Below are positions 29,101-42,900 of a stretch of 64,000 nucleotides of DNA, one piece after another (position 1 is the first letter of the stretch; every line of letters begins with the position of its first letter). The notes beneath the pieces were generated by a model. The model did not search any database and was not told the DNA's origin. It was given only the letters and a program-made list of their open reading frames with translations. The position numbers were made by a program, and so were the translations under genes. The DNA is from the human T2T-CHM13v2.0 reference genome, Homo sapiens: assembly GCF_009914755.1 (NCBI RefSeq), contig NC_060939.1, one strand, 5' to 3'.

Positions 29101-31756
29101 ACACTCCATTCCATATTATTCCATTACACTCCATTCCATTCTATTACTTTCATTTCCATTCAATTCCATTTCATTTGATTCCATTCCACTCGGTTTCATT
29201 CCATTTGAGTCCACTCCATTCCTTTCCATTCCATTCCATTCAGTTCCATTCCATTCTGTTCCATTCCATTCCGTTCCATTGCATTCCATTCCATTCGGTA
29301 ACATTCCATATTGTTCCATTCGATTCCATTCGAATCCATTCCATTCCAGTCCATTCCATTCGATTCCATTCCATTCCTTTCAATTCCATTCCATTCCATT
29401 CCATTCCACTTGATTCCACTCCATTCCCTTCCACTGCATTCCATTCGATTCCATTCCATTGCATTGCATTCCATTCCATTGGACTGCATTCCATTCGATT
29501 CCATTCCATTCGAATCAATTACATAGCAATCCATTACATTCGAGTCTATTCTATTCCGTTCCATTCGATTTCGTTCCAATCCATTCGATTCCATTCCATT
29601 CGATTCCATTCCATACTATTGCATTCCATTCTATTACATTATATTCGAATAAGTTCCATTCAAGACCATTTCTTTTGAGTCCATTCTATTTGAGTCCATT
29701 CCCTTTGATTCCATAACATTTGAGTCCATTCAATTCCATTCCTTTCGTTTCCATTCCATTTGATGCCATTCCATTCAATTCTGTTCTACTCGACTCCAAT
29801 ACATTCAATTCCATTCCATCCGATTCCATTACATTCTTTTCATTCCTTATTCATTTCAAGCCATTCCACTCCATTCCATTCCACTCGTTTCCTTTCCTTT
29901 CGAGTCCATTCCTCTCCAGTCCATTCCGTTCAATCCATTCCATTCCAGTCCATTCCATTCGAGTCCGTTCCATTCCAGTCCATTCCATTCGAGTCAATTC
30001 CATCCCATTCGATGTCTTTCCATAACGATCCATTCCATTCTATTCCTTTCGATTCCATTCCATTCTATATCATTCCATTCGATTCCCTTCCATTGGACTC
30101 CTTTCCATTCGAGTGCATTCCATTCCGTTCCATTTCTTTCCGTTCTGTACGATTCCTACCGTTCGATTTCATTTTGTTCCAGTCCATTCCTTTCGCGTCC
30201 ATTCCATTCCATTTCACTCCATTCGATTCCATTCCACTCGATTCCACTTCGTTCCATTTCATTGCATTCCATTCTATTCAACTCTATTGCCTTCCATTAT
30301 ATTCCATTCGATTACATTCCATGCGATTCCATTCGAAATCGAATCAATTACATTGCAATCCATTACTATTGAGTCCGTTTTATTCCAGTCCACTGCATTC
30401 TGGTCCATTCCATTTGATTCCATTCCATTTTATTCCATTCCATACAGTTGCATTCCATTGGATTCCATGCTATATCTATAAATTCAATTCGAGACCATTG
30501 CTTTTGAGTCCATTCTATATGTTTCCATTCCATTCAAGTCCATTACATTTGGTTCAATTCCATTCCATTCCATTCCCTTCCATTCCATTCCAGTTGATAT
30601 CAATCCATTCGATTCCATTCCATTCGAGCACATTCCATTCGAGTCCATTCCATTCGATGCCATTCCATTTGATTCTATTCCATTAGTCTCCATTCAATTC
30701 CATTAATCTCCATTCCATTCCATTCTACTCCAACTGATTCCATTCCATTCTATTCCTTTCCATTCCATTTCATTCCATTCCATTCCATTTCATTCCAATC
30801 CATTCCATTCGCTTCCATTCCATTCGTGTCCATTCCACTCCAGTCCATTCCATTTGTGTCCACTGCATTCCATTCCACTCCATTCCATATTATTCCATTA
30901 CACTCCATTCCATTCTATTACTTTCATTTCCATTCAATTCCATTCCATTTGATTCCATTCCACTCGGTTTCATTCCATTTGAGTCCACTCCATTCCATTC
31001 CATTCCATTCCATTCAGTTCCATTCCATTCTGTTCCATTACATTCCATTCCATTCGGTACCATTCCATATTGTTCCATTCGATTCCATTCGAATCCATTC
31101 CATTCCAGTCCATTCCATTCGATTCCATTCCATTCCTTTCAATTCCATTCCATTCCATTCCACTTGATTCCACTCCATTCCCTTCCACTGCATTCCATTC
31201 GATTCCATTCCATTGCATTGCATTCCATTCCATTGGACTGCATTCCATTCGATTCCATTCCATTCAAATCAATTACATAGCAATCCATTACATTCTAGTC
31301 TATTCTATTCCGTTCCATTCGATTTCGTTCCAATCCATTCGATTCCATTCCATTCGATTCCATTCCATACTATTGCATTCCATTCTTTTACATTATATTC
31401 GAATAATTTCCATTCAAGACCATTTCTTTTGAGTCCATTCTATTTGAGTCCATTCCCTTTGATTCCATAACATTTGAGTCCATTCAATTCCATTCCTTTC
31501 GTTTGCATTCCATTTGATGCCATTCCATTCAATTCTGTTCTACTCGACTCCAATACATTCAATTCCATTCCATCCGATTCCATTACATTCTTTTCATTTC
31601 TTATCCATTTCAAGCCATTCCACTCCATTCCATTCCACTCGTTTCCTTTCCATTCGAGTCCATTCCTCTCCAGTCCATTCCGTTCAATCCATTCCATTCC
31701 AGTCCATTCCATTCGAGTCCGTTCCATTCCAGTCCATTCCATTCGAGTCAATTCCA
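17175..31756 (+). repeat. Recent tandem duplication of 4 monomers, period 7166 bp
   Basis: Landmarks and ORF translations repeat at exactly +7166 (18248/25414, 18946/26112, 20750/27916, 22554/29720, 23660/30826). Private variants repeat too (ggtaac x3, 'ttcgttttcttcc', 'attagctt', 'cttattcattt'). Breakpoints are bracketed by mismatches at ~24339 vs ~17173 and ~31757 vs ~24591. Confidence 0.92.
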
Positions 31757-34360
31757 TTCCATTCGATGTCTTTCCATAACGATCCATTCCATTCTATTCC
31801 TTTCGATTCCATTCCATTCTATTTCATTCCATTCGATTCCCTTCCATTGGACTCCTTTCCATTCGAGTTCATTCCATTCCGTTCCATTTCTTTCCGTTCT
31901 GTACGATTCCTACCGTTCGATTTCATTTTGTTCCAGTCCATTCCTTTCGCGTCCATTCCATTCCACTCCATTCGATTCCATTCCACTCGATTCCACTTCG
32001 TTCCATTTCATTGCATTCCATTCTATTCAACTCTATTGCCTTCCATTCCATTCCATTCGATTACATTCCATGCGATTCCATTCGAAATCGAATCAGTTAC
32101 ATTGCAATCCATTACTATTGAGTCCGTTTTATTCCAGTCCACTGCATTCTGGTCCATTCCATTTGATTCCATTCCATTTTATTCCATTCCATACAGTTGC
32201 ATTCCATTGGATTCCATGCTATATCTATAAATTCAATTCGAGACCATTGATTTTGAGTCCATTCTATATGTTTCCATTCCATTCAAGTCCATTACATTTG
32301 GTTCAATTCCATTCCATTCCATTCCCTTCCATTCCATTCCAGTTGATATCAATCCATTCGATTCCATTCCATTCGAGCACATTCCATTCGAGTCCATTCC
32401 ATTCGATGCCATTCCATTTGATTCTATTCCATTAGTCTCCATTCAATTCCATTAATCTCCATTCCATTCCATTCTACTCCAACTGATTCCATTCCATTCT
32501 ATTCCTTTCCATTCCATTTCATTCCATTCCATTCCATTTCATTCCAATCCATTCCATTCGCTTCCATTCCATTCGTGTCCATTCCACTCCAGTCCATTCC
32601 ATTTGTGTCCACTGCATTCCATTCCACTCCATTCCATATTATTCCATTACACTCCATTCCATTCTATTACTTTCATTTCCATTCAATTCCATTCCATTTG
32701 ATTCCATTCCACTCGGTTTCATTCCATTTGAGTCCACTCCATTCCATTCCATTCCATTCCATTCAGTTCCATTCCATTCCGTTCCATTGCATTCCATTCC
32801 ATTCGGTACCATTCCATATTGTTCCATTCGATTCCATTCGAATCCATTCCATTCCAGTCCATTCCATTCGATTCCATTCCATTCCTTTCAATTCCATTCC
32901 ATTCCATTCCACTTGATTCCACTCCATTCCCTTCCACTGCATTCCATTCGATTCCATTCCATTGCATTGCATTCCATTCCATTGGACTGCATTCCATTCG
33001 ATTCCATTCCATTCAAATCAATTACATAGCAATCCATTACATTCTAGTCTATTCTATTCCGTTCCATTCGATTTCGTTCCAATCCATTCGATTCCATTCC
33101 ATTCGATTCCATTCCATACTATTGCATTCCATTCTATTACATTATATTCGAATAATTTCCATTCAAGACCATTTCTTTTGAGTCCATTCTATTTGAGTCC
33201 ATTCCCTTTGATTCCATAACATTTGAGTCCATTCAATTCCATTCCTTTCGTTTGCATTCCATTTGATGCCATTCCATTCAATTCTGTTCTACTCGACTCC
33301 AATACATTCAATTCCATTCCATCCGATTCCATTACATTCTTTTCATTTCTTATCCATTTCAAGCCATTCCACTCCATTCCATTCCACTCGTTTCCTTTCC
33401 ATTCGAGTCCATTCCTCTCCAGTCCATTCCGTTCAATCCATTCCATTCCAGTCCGTTCCATTCGAGTCCGTTCCATTCCAGTCCATTCCATTCGAGTCAA
33501 TTCCATTCCATTCGATGTCTTTCCATAACGATCCATTCCATTCTATTCCTTTCGATTCCATTCCATTCTATTTCATTCCATTCGATTCCCTTCCATTGGA
33601 CTCCTTTCCATTCGAGTTCATTCCATTCCGTTCCATTTCTTTCCGTTCTGTACGATTCCTACCGTTCGATTTCATTTTGTTCCAGTCCATTCCTTTCGCG
33701 TCCATTCCATTCCACTCCATTCGATTCCATTCCACTCGATTCCACTTCGTTCCATTTCATTGCATTCCATTCTATTCAACTCTATTGCCTTCCATTCCAT
33801 TCTATTCGATTACATTCCATGCGATTCCATTCGAAATCGAATCAATTACATTGCAATCCATTACTATTGAGTCCGTTTTATTCCAGTCCACTGCATTCTG
33901 GTCCATTCCATTTGATTCCATTCCATTTTATTCCATTCCATACAGTTGCATTCCATTGGATTCCATGCTATATCTATAAATTCAATTCGAGACCATTGCT
34001 TTTGAGTCCATTCTATATGTTTCCATTCCATTCAAGTCCATTACATTTGGTTCAATTCCATTCCATTCCATTCCCTTCCATTCCATTCCAGTTGATATCA
34101 ATCCATTCGATTCCATTCCATTCGAGCACATTCCATTCGAGTCCATTCCATTCGATGCCATTCCATTTGATTCTATTCCATTAGTCTCCATTCAATTCCA
34201 TTAATCTCCATTCCATTCCATTCTACTCCAACTGATTCCATTCCATTCTATTCCTTTCCATTCCATTTCATTCCATTCCATTCCATTTCATTCCATTCCA
34301 TTCCATTCGCTTCCATTCCATTCGTGTCCATTCCACTCCAGTCCATTCCTTTTGTGTCCA
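30826..34360 (+). repeat. Tandem run of shortened 1749-bp monomers
   Basis: Landmarks at 30826, 32575 and 34324 (and 31474/33223) are spaced 1749 bp. They share a 30-bp deletion in the cgtgt block, a 5-bp deletion after cgcgt, and the SNV 'cgagttcatt' (~31868, ~33617). Confidence 0.85.
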
Positions 34361-36975
34361 CTGCATTCCATTCCACTCCATTCCATATTATTCCATTACA
34401 CTCCATTCCATTCTATTACTTTCATTTCCATTCAATTCCATTCCATTTGATTCCATTCCACTCGGTTTCATTCCATTTGAGTCCACTCCATTCCATTCCA
34501 TTCCATTCCATTCAGTTCCATTCTATTCTGTTCCATTCCATTCCGTTCCATTGCATTCCATTCCATTCGGTACCATTCCATATTGTTCCATTCGATTCCA
34601 TTCGAATCCATTCCATTCCAGTCCATTCCATTCGATTCCATTCCATTCCTTTCAATTCCATTCCATTCCATTCCATTCCATTCCATTCCATTCCACTTGA
34701 TTCCACTCCATTCCCTTCCACTGCATTCCATTCGATTCCATTCCATTGCATTGCATTCCATTCCATTGGACTGCATTCCATTCGATTCCATTCCATTCGA
34801 ATCAATTACATAGCAATCCATTACATTCGAGTCTATTCTATTCCGTTCCATTCGATTTCATTCCAATCCATTCGATTCCATTCCATTCGATTCCATTCCA
34901 TACTATTGCATTCCATTCGATTACATTATATTCGAATAAGTTCCATTCAAGACCATTTCTTTTGAGTCCATTCTATTTGAGTCCATTCCCTTTGATTCCA
35001 TAACATTTGAGTCCATTCAATTCCATTCCTTTCGTTTCCATTCCATTTGATGCCATTCCATTCAATTCTGTTCTACTCGACTCCAATACATTCAATTCCA
35101 TTCCATCCGATTCCATTACATTCTTTTCATTTCTTATCCATTTCAAGCCATTCCACTCCATTCCATTCCACTCGTTTCCTTTCCATTCGAGTCCATTCCT
35201 CTCCAGTCCATTCCGTTCAATCCATTCCATTCCAGTCCATTCCATTCGAGTCCGTTCCATTCCAGTCCATTCCATTCGAGTCAATTCCATCCCATTCGAT
35301 GTCTTTCCATAACAATCCATTCCATTCTATTCCTTTTGATTCCATTCCATTCTATTTCATTCCATTCGATTCCCTTCCATTGGACTCCTTTCCATTCGAG
35401 TGCATTCCATTCCGTTCCATTTCTTTCCGTTCTGTACGATTCCTACCGTTCGATTTCATTTTGTTCCAGTCCATTCCTTTCGCGTCCATTCCATTCCATT
35501 TCACTCCATTCGATTCCATTCCACTCGATTCCACTTCGTTCCATTTCATTGCATTCCATTCTATTCAACTCTATTGCCTTCCATTCCATTCCATTCGATT
35601 ACATTCCATGCGATTCCATTCGAAATCGAATCAATTACATTGCAATCCATTACTATTGAGTCCATTTTATTCCAGTCCACTGCATTCTGGTCCATTCCAT
35701 TTGATTCCATTCCATTCTATTCCATTCCATACAGTTGCATTCCATTGGATTCCATTCTATATCTATAAATTCAATTCGAGACCATTGCTTTTGAGTCCAT
35801 TCTATATGATTCCATTCCATTCAAGTCCATTACATTTGGTTCAATTCCATTCCATTCCATTCCCTTCCATTCCATTCCAGTTGATATCAATCCATTCGAT
35901 TCCATTCCATTCGAGCACATTCCATTCGAGTCCATTCCATTCGATGCCATTCCATTTGATTCTATTCCATTAGTCTCCATTCAATTCCATTAATCTCCAT
36001 TCCATTCCATTCTACTCCAACTGATTCCATTCCATTCTATTCCTTTCCATTCCATTTCATTCCATTCCATTCCATTTCATTCCATTCCATTCCATTCGCT
36101 TCCATTCCATTCGTGTCCATTCCACTCCAGTCCATTCCATTCGTGTCCATTCCATTCCAGTCCATTCCATTTGTGTCCACTGCATTCCATTCCACTCCAT
36201 TCCATATTATTCCATTACACTCCATTCCATTCTATTACTTTCATTTCCATTCAATTCCATTCCATTTGATTCCATTCCACTCGGTTTCATTCCATTTGAG
36301 TCAACTCCATTCCATTCCATTCCATTCCATTCCATTCAGTTCCATTCCATTCTGTTCCATTCCATTCCGTTCCATTGCATTCCATTCCATTCGGTACCAT
36401 TCCATATTGTTCCATTCGATTCCATTCGAATCCATTCCATTCCAGTCCATTCCATTCGATTCCATTCCTTTCATTTCAATTCCATTCCATTCCATTCCAT
36501 TACATTCCACTTGATTCCTCTCCATTCCCTTCCACTGCATTCCGTTCGATTCCATTCCATTGCATTGCATTCCATTCCATTGGATTGCATTCCATTCGAT
36601 TCCATTCCATTCGAATCAATTACATAGCAATCCATTACATTCGAGTCTATTCTATTCCGTTCCATTCGATTTCGTTCCAATCCATTCGATTCCATCCCAT
36701 TCGATTCCATTCCATACTATTGCATTCCATTCGATTACATTATATTCGAATAAGTTCCATTCAAGACCATTTCTTTTGAGTCCATTCTATTTGAGTCCAT
36801 TCCCTTTGATTCCATAACATTTGAGTCCATTCAATTCCATTCCTTTCGTTTCCATTCCATTTGATGCCATTCCATTCAATTCTGTTCTACTCGACTCCAA
36901 TACATTCAATTCCATTCCATCCGATTCCATTACATTCTTTTCATTTCTTATCCATTTCAAGCCATTCCACTCCAT

Positions 36976-39900
36976 TCCATTCCACTCGTTTCCTTTCCAT
37001 TCGAGTCCATTCCTCTCCAGTCCATTCCGTTCAATCCATTCCATTCCAGTCCATTCCATTCGAGTCCGTTCCATTCCAGTCCATTCCATTCGAGTCAATT
37101 CCATTCCATTCGATGTCTTTCCATAACGATCCATTCCATTCTATTCCTTTCGATTCCATTCCATTCTATTTCATTCCATTCGATTCCCTTCCATTGGACT
37201 CCTTTCCATTCGAGTGCATTCCATTCCGTTCCATTTCTTTCCGTTCTGTACGATTCCTACCGTTCGATTTCATTTTGTTCCAGTCCATTCTTTCGCGTCC
37301 ATTCCATTCCATTTCACTCCATTCGATTCCATTCCACTCGATTCCACTTCGTTCCATTTCATTGCATTCCATTCTATTCAACTCTATTGCCTTCCATTCC
37401 ATTCCATTCGATTACATTCCATGCGATTCCGTTCGAAATCGAATCAATTACATTGCAATCCATTACTATTGAGTCCGTTTTATTCCAGTCCACTGCATTC
37501 TGGTCCATTCCATTTGATTCCATTCCATTCTATTCCATTCCATCCAGTTGCATTCCATTGGATTCCATGCTATATCTATAAATTCAATTCGAGACCATTG
37601 CTTTTGAGTCCATTCTATATGATTCCATTCCATTCAAGTCCATTACATTTGGTTCAATTCCATTCCATTCCATTCCCTTCCATTCCATTCCATTTGATAT
37701 CAATCCATTCGATTCCATTCCATTCGAGCACATTCAATTCGAGTCCATTCCATTCGATGCCATTCCATTTGATTCTATTCCATTAGTCTCCATTCAATTC
37801 CATTAATCTCCATTCCATTCCATTCTACTTCAACTGATTCCATTCCATTCTATTCCTTTCCATTCCATTTCATTCCATTCCATTCCATTTCATTCCATTC
37901 CATTCCATTCGTGTCCATTCCACTCCAGTCCATTCCATTCGTGTCCATTCCATTCCAGTCCATTCCATTTGTGTCCACTGCCTTCCATTCCACTCCATTC
38001 CATATTATTCCATTACACTCCATTCCATTCTATTACTTTCATTTCCATTCAATTCCATTCCATTTGATTCCATTCCACTCGGTTTCATTCCATTTGAGTC
38101 CACTCCATTCCATTCCATTCCATTCCATTCAGTTCCATTCTATTCTGTTCCATTCCATTCCGTTCCATTGCATTCCATTCCATTCGGTACTATTCCATAT
38201 TGTTCCATTCGATTCCATTCGAATCCATTCCATTCCAGTCCATTCCATTCGATTCCATTCCATTCCTTTCCATTCCATTCCATTCCATTCCATTCCACTT
38301 GATTCCACTCCATTCCCTTCCACTGCATTCCATTCGATTCCATTCCATTGCATTGCATTCCATTCCATTGGATTGCATTCCATTCGATTCCATTCCATTC
38401 GAATCAATTACATAGCAATCCATTACATTCGAGTCTATTCTATTCCGTTCCATTCGATTTCGTTCCAATCCATTCGATTCCATTCCATTCGATTCCATTC
38501 CATACTATTGCATTCCATTCGATTACATTATATTCAAATAAGTTCCATTCAAGACCATTTCTTTTGAGTCCATTCTATTTGAGTCCATTCCCTTTGATTC
38601 CATAACATTTGAGTCCATTCAATTCCATTCCTTTCGTTTCCATTCCATTTGATGCCATTCCATTCAATTCTGTTCTACTCGACTCCAATACATTCAATTC
38701 CATTCCATCCGATTCCATTACATTCTTTTCATTTCTTATCCATTTCAAGCCATTCCACTCCATTCCATTCCACTCGTTTCCTTTCCATTCGAGTCCATTC
38801 CTCTCCAGTCCATTCCATTCAATCCATTCCATTCCAGTCCATTCCATTCGAGTCCGTTCCATTCCAGTCCATTCCATTCGAGTCAATTCCATCCCATTCG
38901 ATGTCTTTCCATAACGATCCATTCCATTCTATTCCTTTCGATTCCATTCCATTCTATTTCATTCCATTCGATTCCCTTCCATTGGACTCCTTTCCATTCG
39001 AGTGCATTCCATTCCGTTCCATTTCTTTCCGTTCTGTACGATTCCTACCGTTCGATTTCATTTTGTTCCAGTCCATTCCTTTCGCGTCCATTCCATTCCA
39101 TTTCACTCCATTCGATTCCATTCCACTCGATTCCACTTCGTTCCATTTCATTGCATTCCATTCTATTCAACTCTATTGCCTTCCATTACATTCCATTCGA
39201 TTACATTCCATGCGATTCCATTCGAAATCGAATCAATTACATTGCAATCCATTACTATTGAGTCCGTTTTATTCCAGTCCACTGCATTCTGGTCCATTCC
39301 ATTTGATTCCATTCCATTCTACTCCATTCCATACAGTTGCATTCCATTGGATTCCATGCTATATCTATAAATTCAATTCGAGACCATTGCTTTTGAGTCC
39401 ATTCTATATGATTCCATTCCATTCAAGTCCATTACATTTGGTTCAATTCCATTCCATTCCATTCCCTTCCATTCCATTCCAGTTGATATCAATCCATTCG
39501 ATTCCATTCCATTCGAGCACATTCCATTCGAGTCCATTCCATTCGATGCCATTCCATTTGATTCTATTCCATTAGTCTCCATTCAATTCCATTAATCTCC
39601 ATTCCATTCCATTCTACTCCAACTGATTCCATTCCATTATACTCCTTTCCATTCCATTTCATTCCATTCCATTCCATTTCATTCCATTCCATTCCATTCG
39701 TGTCCATTCCACTCCAGTCCATTCCATTCGTGTCCATTCCATTCCAGTCCATTCCATTTGTGTCCCCTGCATTCCATTACACTCCATTCCATATTATTCC
39801 ATTACACTCCATTCAATTCTATTACTTTCATTTCCATTCAATTCCATTCCATTTGATTCCATTCCACTCGGTTTCATTCCATTTGAGTCCACTCCATTCC

Positions 39901-42900
39901 ATTCCATTCCATTCCATTCAGTTCCATTCCATTCTGTTCCATTCCATTCCGTTCCATTACATTCCATTCCATTCGGTTCCATTCCATATTGTTCCATTCG
40001 ATTCCATTCGAATCCATTCCATTCCAGTCCATTCCATTCGATTCCATTCCATTCATTTCAATTCCATTCCATTCCATTCCATTACATTCCACTTGATTCC
40101 TCTCCATTCCCTTCCACTGCATTCCGTTCGATTCCATTCCATTGCATTGCATTCCATTCCATTGGATTGCATTCCATTCGATTCCATTCCATTCGAATCA
40201 ATTACATAGCAATCCATTACATTCGAGTCTATTCTATTCCGTTCCATTCGATTTCGTTCCAATCCATTCGATTCCATTCCATTCGATTCCATTCCATACT
40301 ATTGCATTCCATTCGATTACATTATATTCGAATAAGTTCCATTCAAGACCATTTCTTTTGAGTCCATTCTATTTGAGTCCATTCCCTTTGATTCCATAAC
40401 ATTTGAGTCCATTCAATTCCATTCCTTTCGTTTCCATTCCATTTGATGCCATTCCATTCAATTCTGTTCTACTCGACTCCAATACATTCAATTCCATTCC
40501 ATCCGATTCCATTACATTCTTTTCATTTCTTATCCATTTCAAGCCATTCCACTCCATTCCATTCCACTCGTTTCCTTTCCATTCGAGTCCATTCCTCTCC
40601 AGTCCATTCCGTTCAATCCATTCCATTCCAGTCCATTCCATTCGAGTCCGTTCCATTCCAGTCCATTCCATTCGAGTCAATTCCATCCCATTCGATGTCT
40701 TTCCATAACGATCCATTCCATTTTATTCCTTTCGATTCCATTCCATTCTATTTCATTCCATTCGATTCCCTTCCATTGGACTCCTTTCCATTCGAGTGCA
40801 TTCCATTCCATTCCATTTCTTTCCGTTCTGTACGATTCCTACCGTTCGATTTCATTTTGTTCCAGTCCATTCCTTTCGCGTCCATTCCATTCCATTTCCC
40901 TCCATTCGATTCCATTCCACTCGATTCCACTTCGTTCCATCTCATTGCATTCCATTCTATTCAACTCTATTGCCTTCCATTCCATTCCATTCGATTACAT
41001 TCCATGCGATTCCATTCGAAATCGAATCAATTACATTGCAATCCATTACTATTGAGTCCATTTTATTCCAGTCCACTGCATTCTGGTCCATTCCATTTGA
41101 TTCCATTCCATTCTATTCCATTCCATACAGTTGCATTCCATTGGATTCCATTCTATATCTATAAATTCAATTCGAGACCATTGCTTTTGAGTCCATTCTA
41201 TATGATTCCATTCCATTCAAGTCCATTACATTTGGTTCAATTCCATTCCATTCCATTCCCTTCCATTCCATTCCAGTTGATATCAATCCATTCGATTCCA
41301 TTCCATTCGAGCACATTCCATTCGAGTCCATTCCATTCGATGCCATTCCATTTGATTCTATTCCATTAGTCTCCATTCAATTCCATTAATCTCCATTCCA
41401 TTCCATTCTACTCCAACTGATTCCCTTCCATTCTATTCCTTTCCATTCCATTTCATTCCATTCCATTCCATTCGCTTACATTCCATTCGTTTCCATTCCA
41501 CTCCAGTCCATTCCATTCGTGTCCATTCCATTCCAGTCCATTCCATTTGTGTCCACTGCATTCCATTCCACTCCATTCCATATTATTCCATTACACTCCA
41601 TTCCATTCTATTACTTTCATTTCCATTCAATTCCATTCCATTTGATTCCATTCCACTCGGTTTCATTCCATTTGAGTCCACTCCATTCCATTCCATTCCA
41701 TTCCATTCCATTCAGTTCCATTCCATTCTCTTCCGTTCCATTCCATTCTGTTCCATTCCATTCCGTTCCATTGCATTCCATTCCATTCGGTACCATTCCA
41801 TATTGTTCCATTCGATTCCATTCGAATCCATTCCATTCCAGTCCATTCCATTCGATTCCATTCCATTCCTTTCAATTCCATTCCATTCCATTCCATTCCA
41901 CTTGATTCCACTCCATTCCCTTCCACTGCATTCCATTCGATTCCATTCCATTGCATTTCATTCCATTCCATTGGACTGCATTCCATTCGATTCCATTCCA
42001 TTCGAATCAATTACATAGCAATCCATTACATTCGAGTCTATTCTATTCCGTTCCATTCGATTTCGTTCCAATCCATTCGATTCCACTCCATTCGATTCCA
42101 TTCCATACTATTGCATTCCATTCTATTACATTATATTCGAATAAGTTCCATTCAAGACCATTTCTTTTGAGTCCATTCTATTTGAGTCCATTCCCTTTGA
42201 TTCCATAACATTTGAGTCCATTCAATTCCATTCCTTTCGTTTCCATTCCATTTGATGCCATTCCATTCAATTCTGTTCTACTCGACTCCAATACATTCAA
42301 TTCCATTCCATCCGATTCCATTACATTCTTTTCATTTCTTATCCATTTCAAGCCATTCCACTCCACTCCATTCCACTCGTTTCCTTTCCATTCGAGTCCA
42401 TTCCTCTCCAGTCCATTCCGTTCAATCCATTCCATTCCAGTCCATTCCATTCGAGTCCGTTCCATTCCAGTCCATTCCATTCGAGTCAATTCCATTCCAT
42501 TCGATGTCTTTCCATAACGATCCATTCCATTCTATTCCTTTCGATTCCATTCCATTCTATTTCATTCCATTCGATTCCCTTCCATTGGACTCCTTTCCAT
42601 TCGAGTGCATTCCATTCCGTTCCATTTCTTTCCGTTCTGTACGATTCCTACCGTTCGATTTCATTTTGTTCCAGTCCATTCTTTCGCGTCCATTCCATTC
42701 CATTTCACTCCATTCGATTCCATTCCACTCGATTCCACTTCGTTCCATTTCATTGCATTCCATTCTATTCAACTCTATTGCCTTCCATTCCATTCCATTC
42801 GATTACATTCCATGCGATTCCGTTCGAAATCGAATCAATTACATTGCAATCCATTACTATTGAGTCCGTTTTATTCCAGTCCACTGCATTCTGGTCCATT

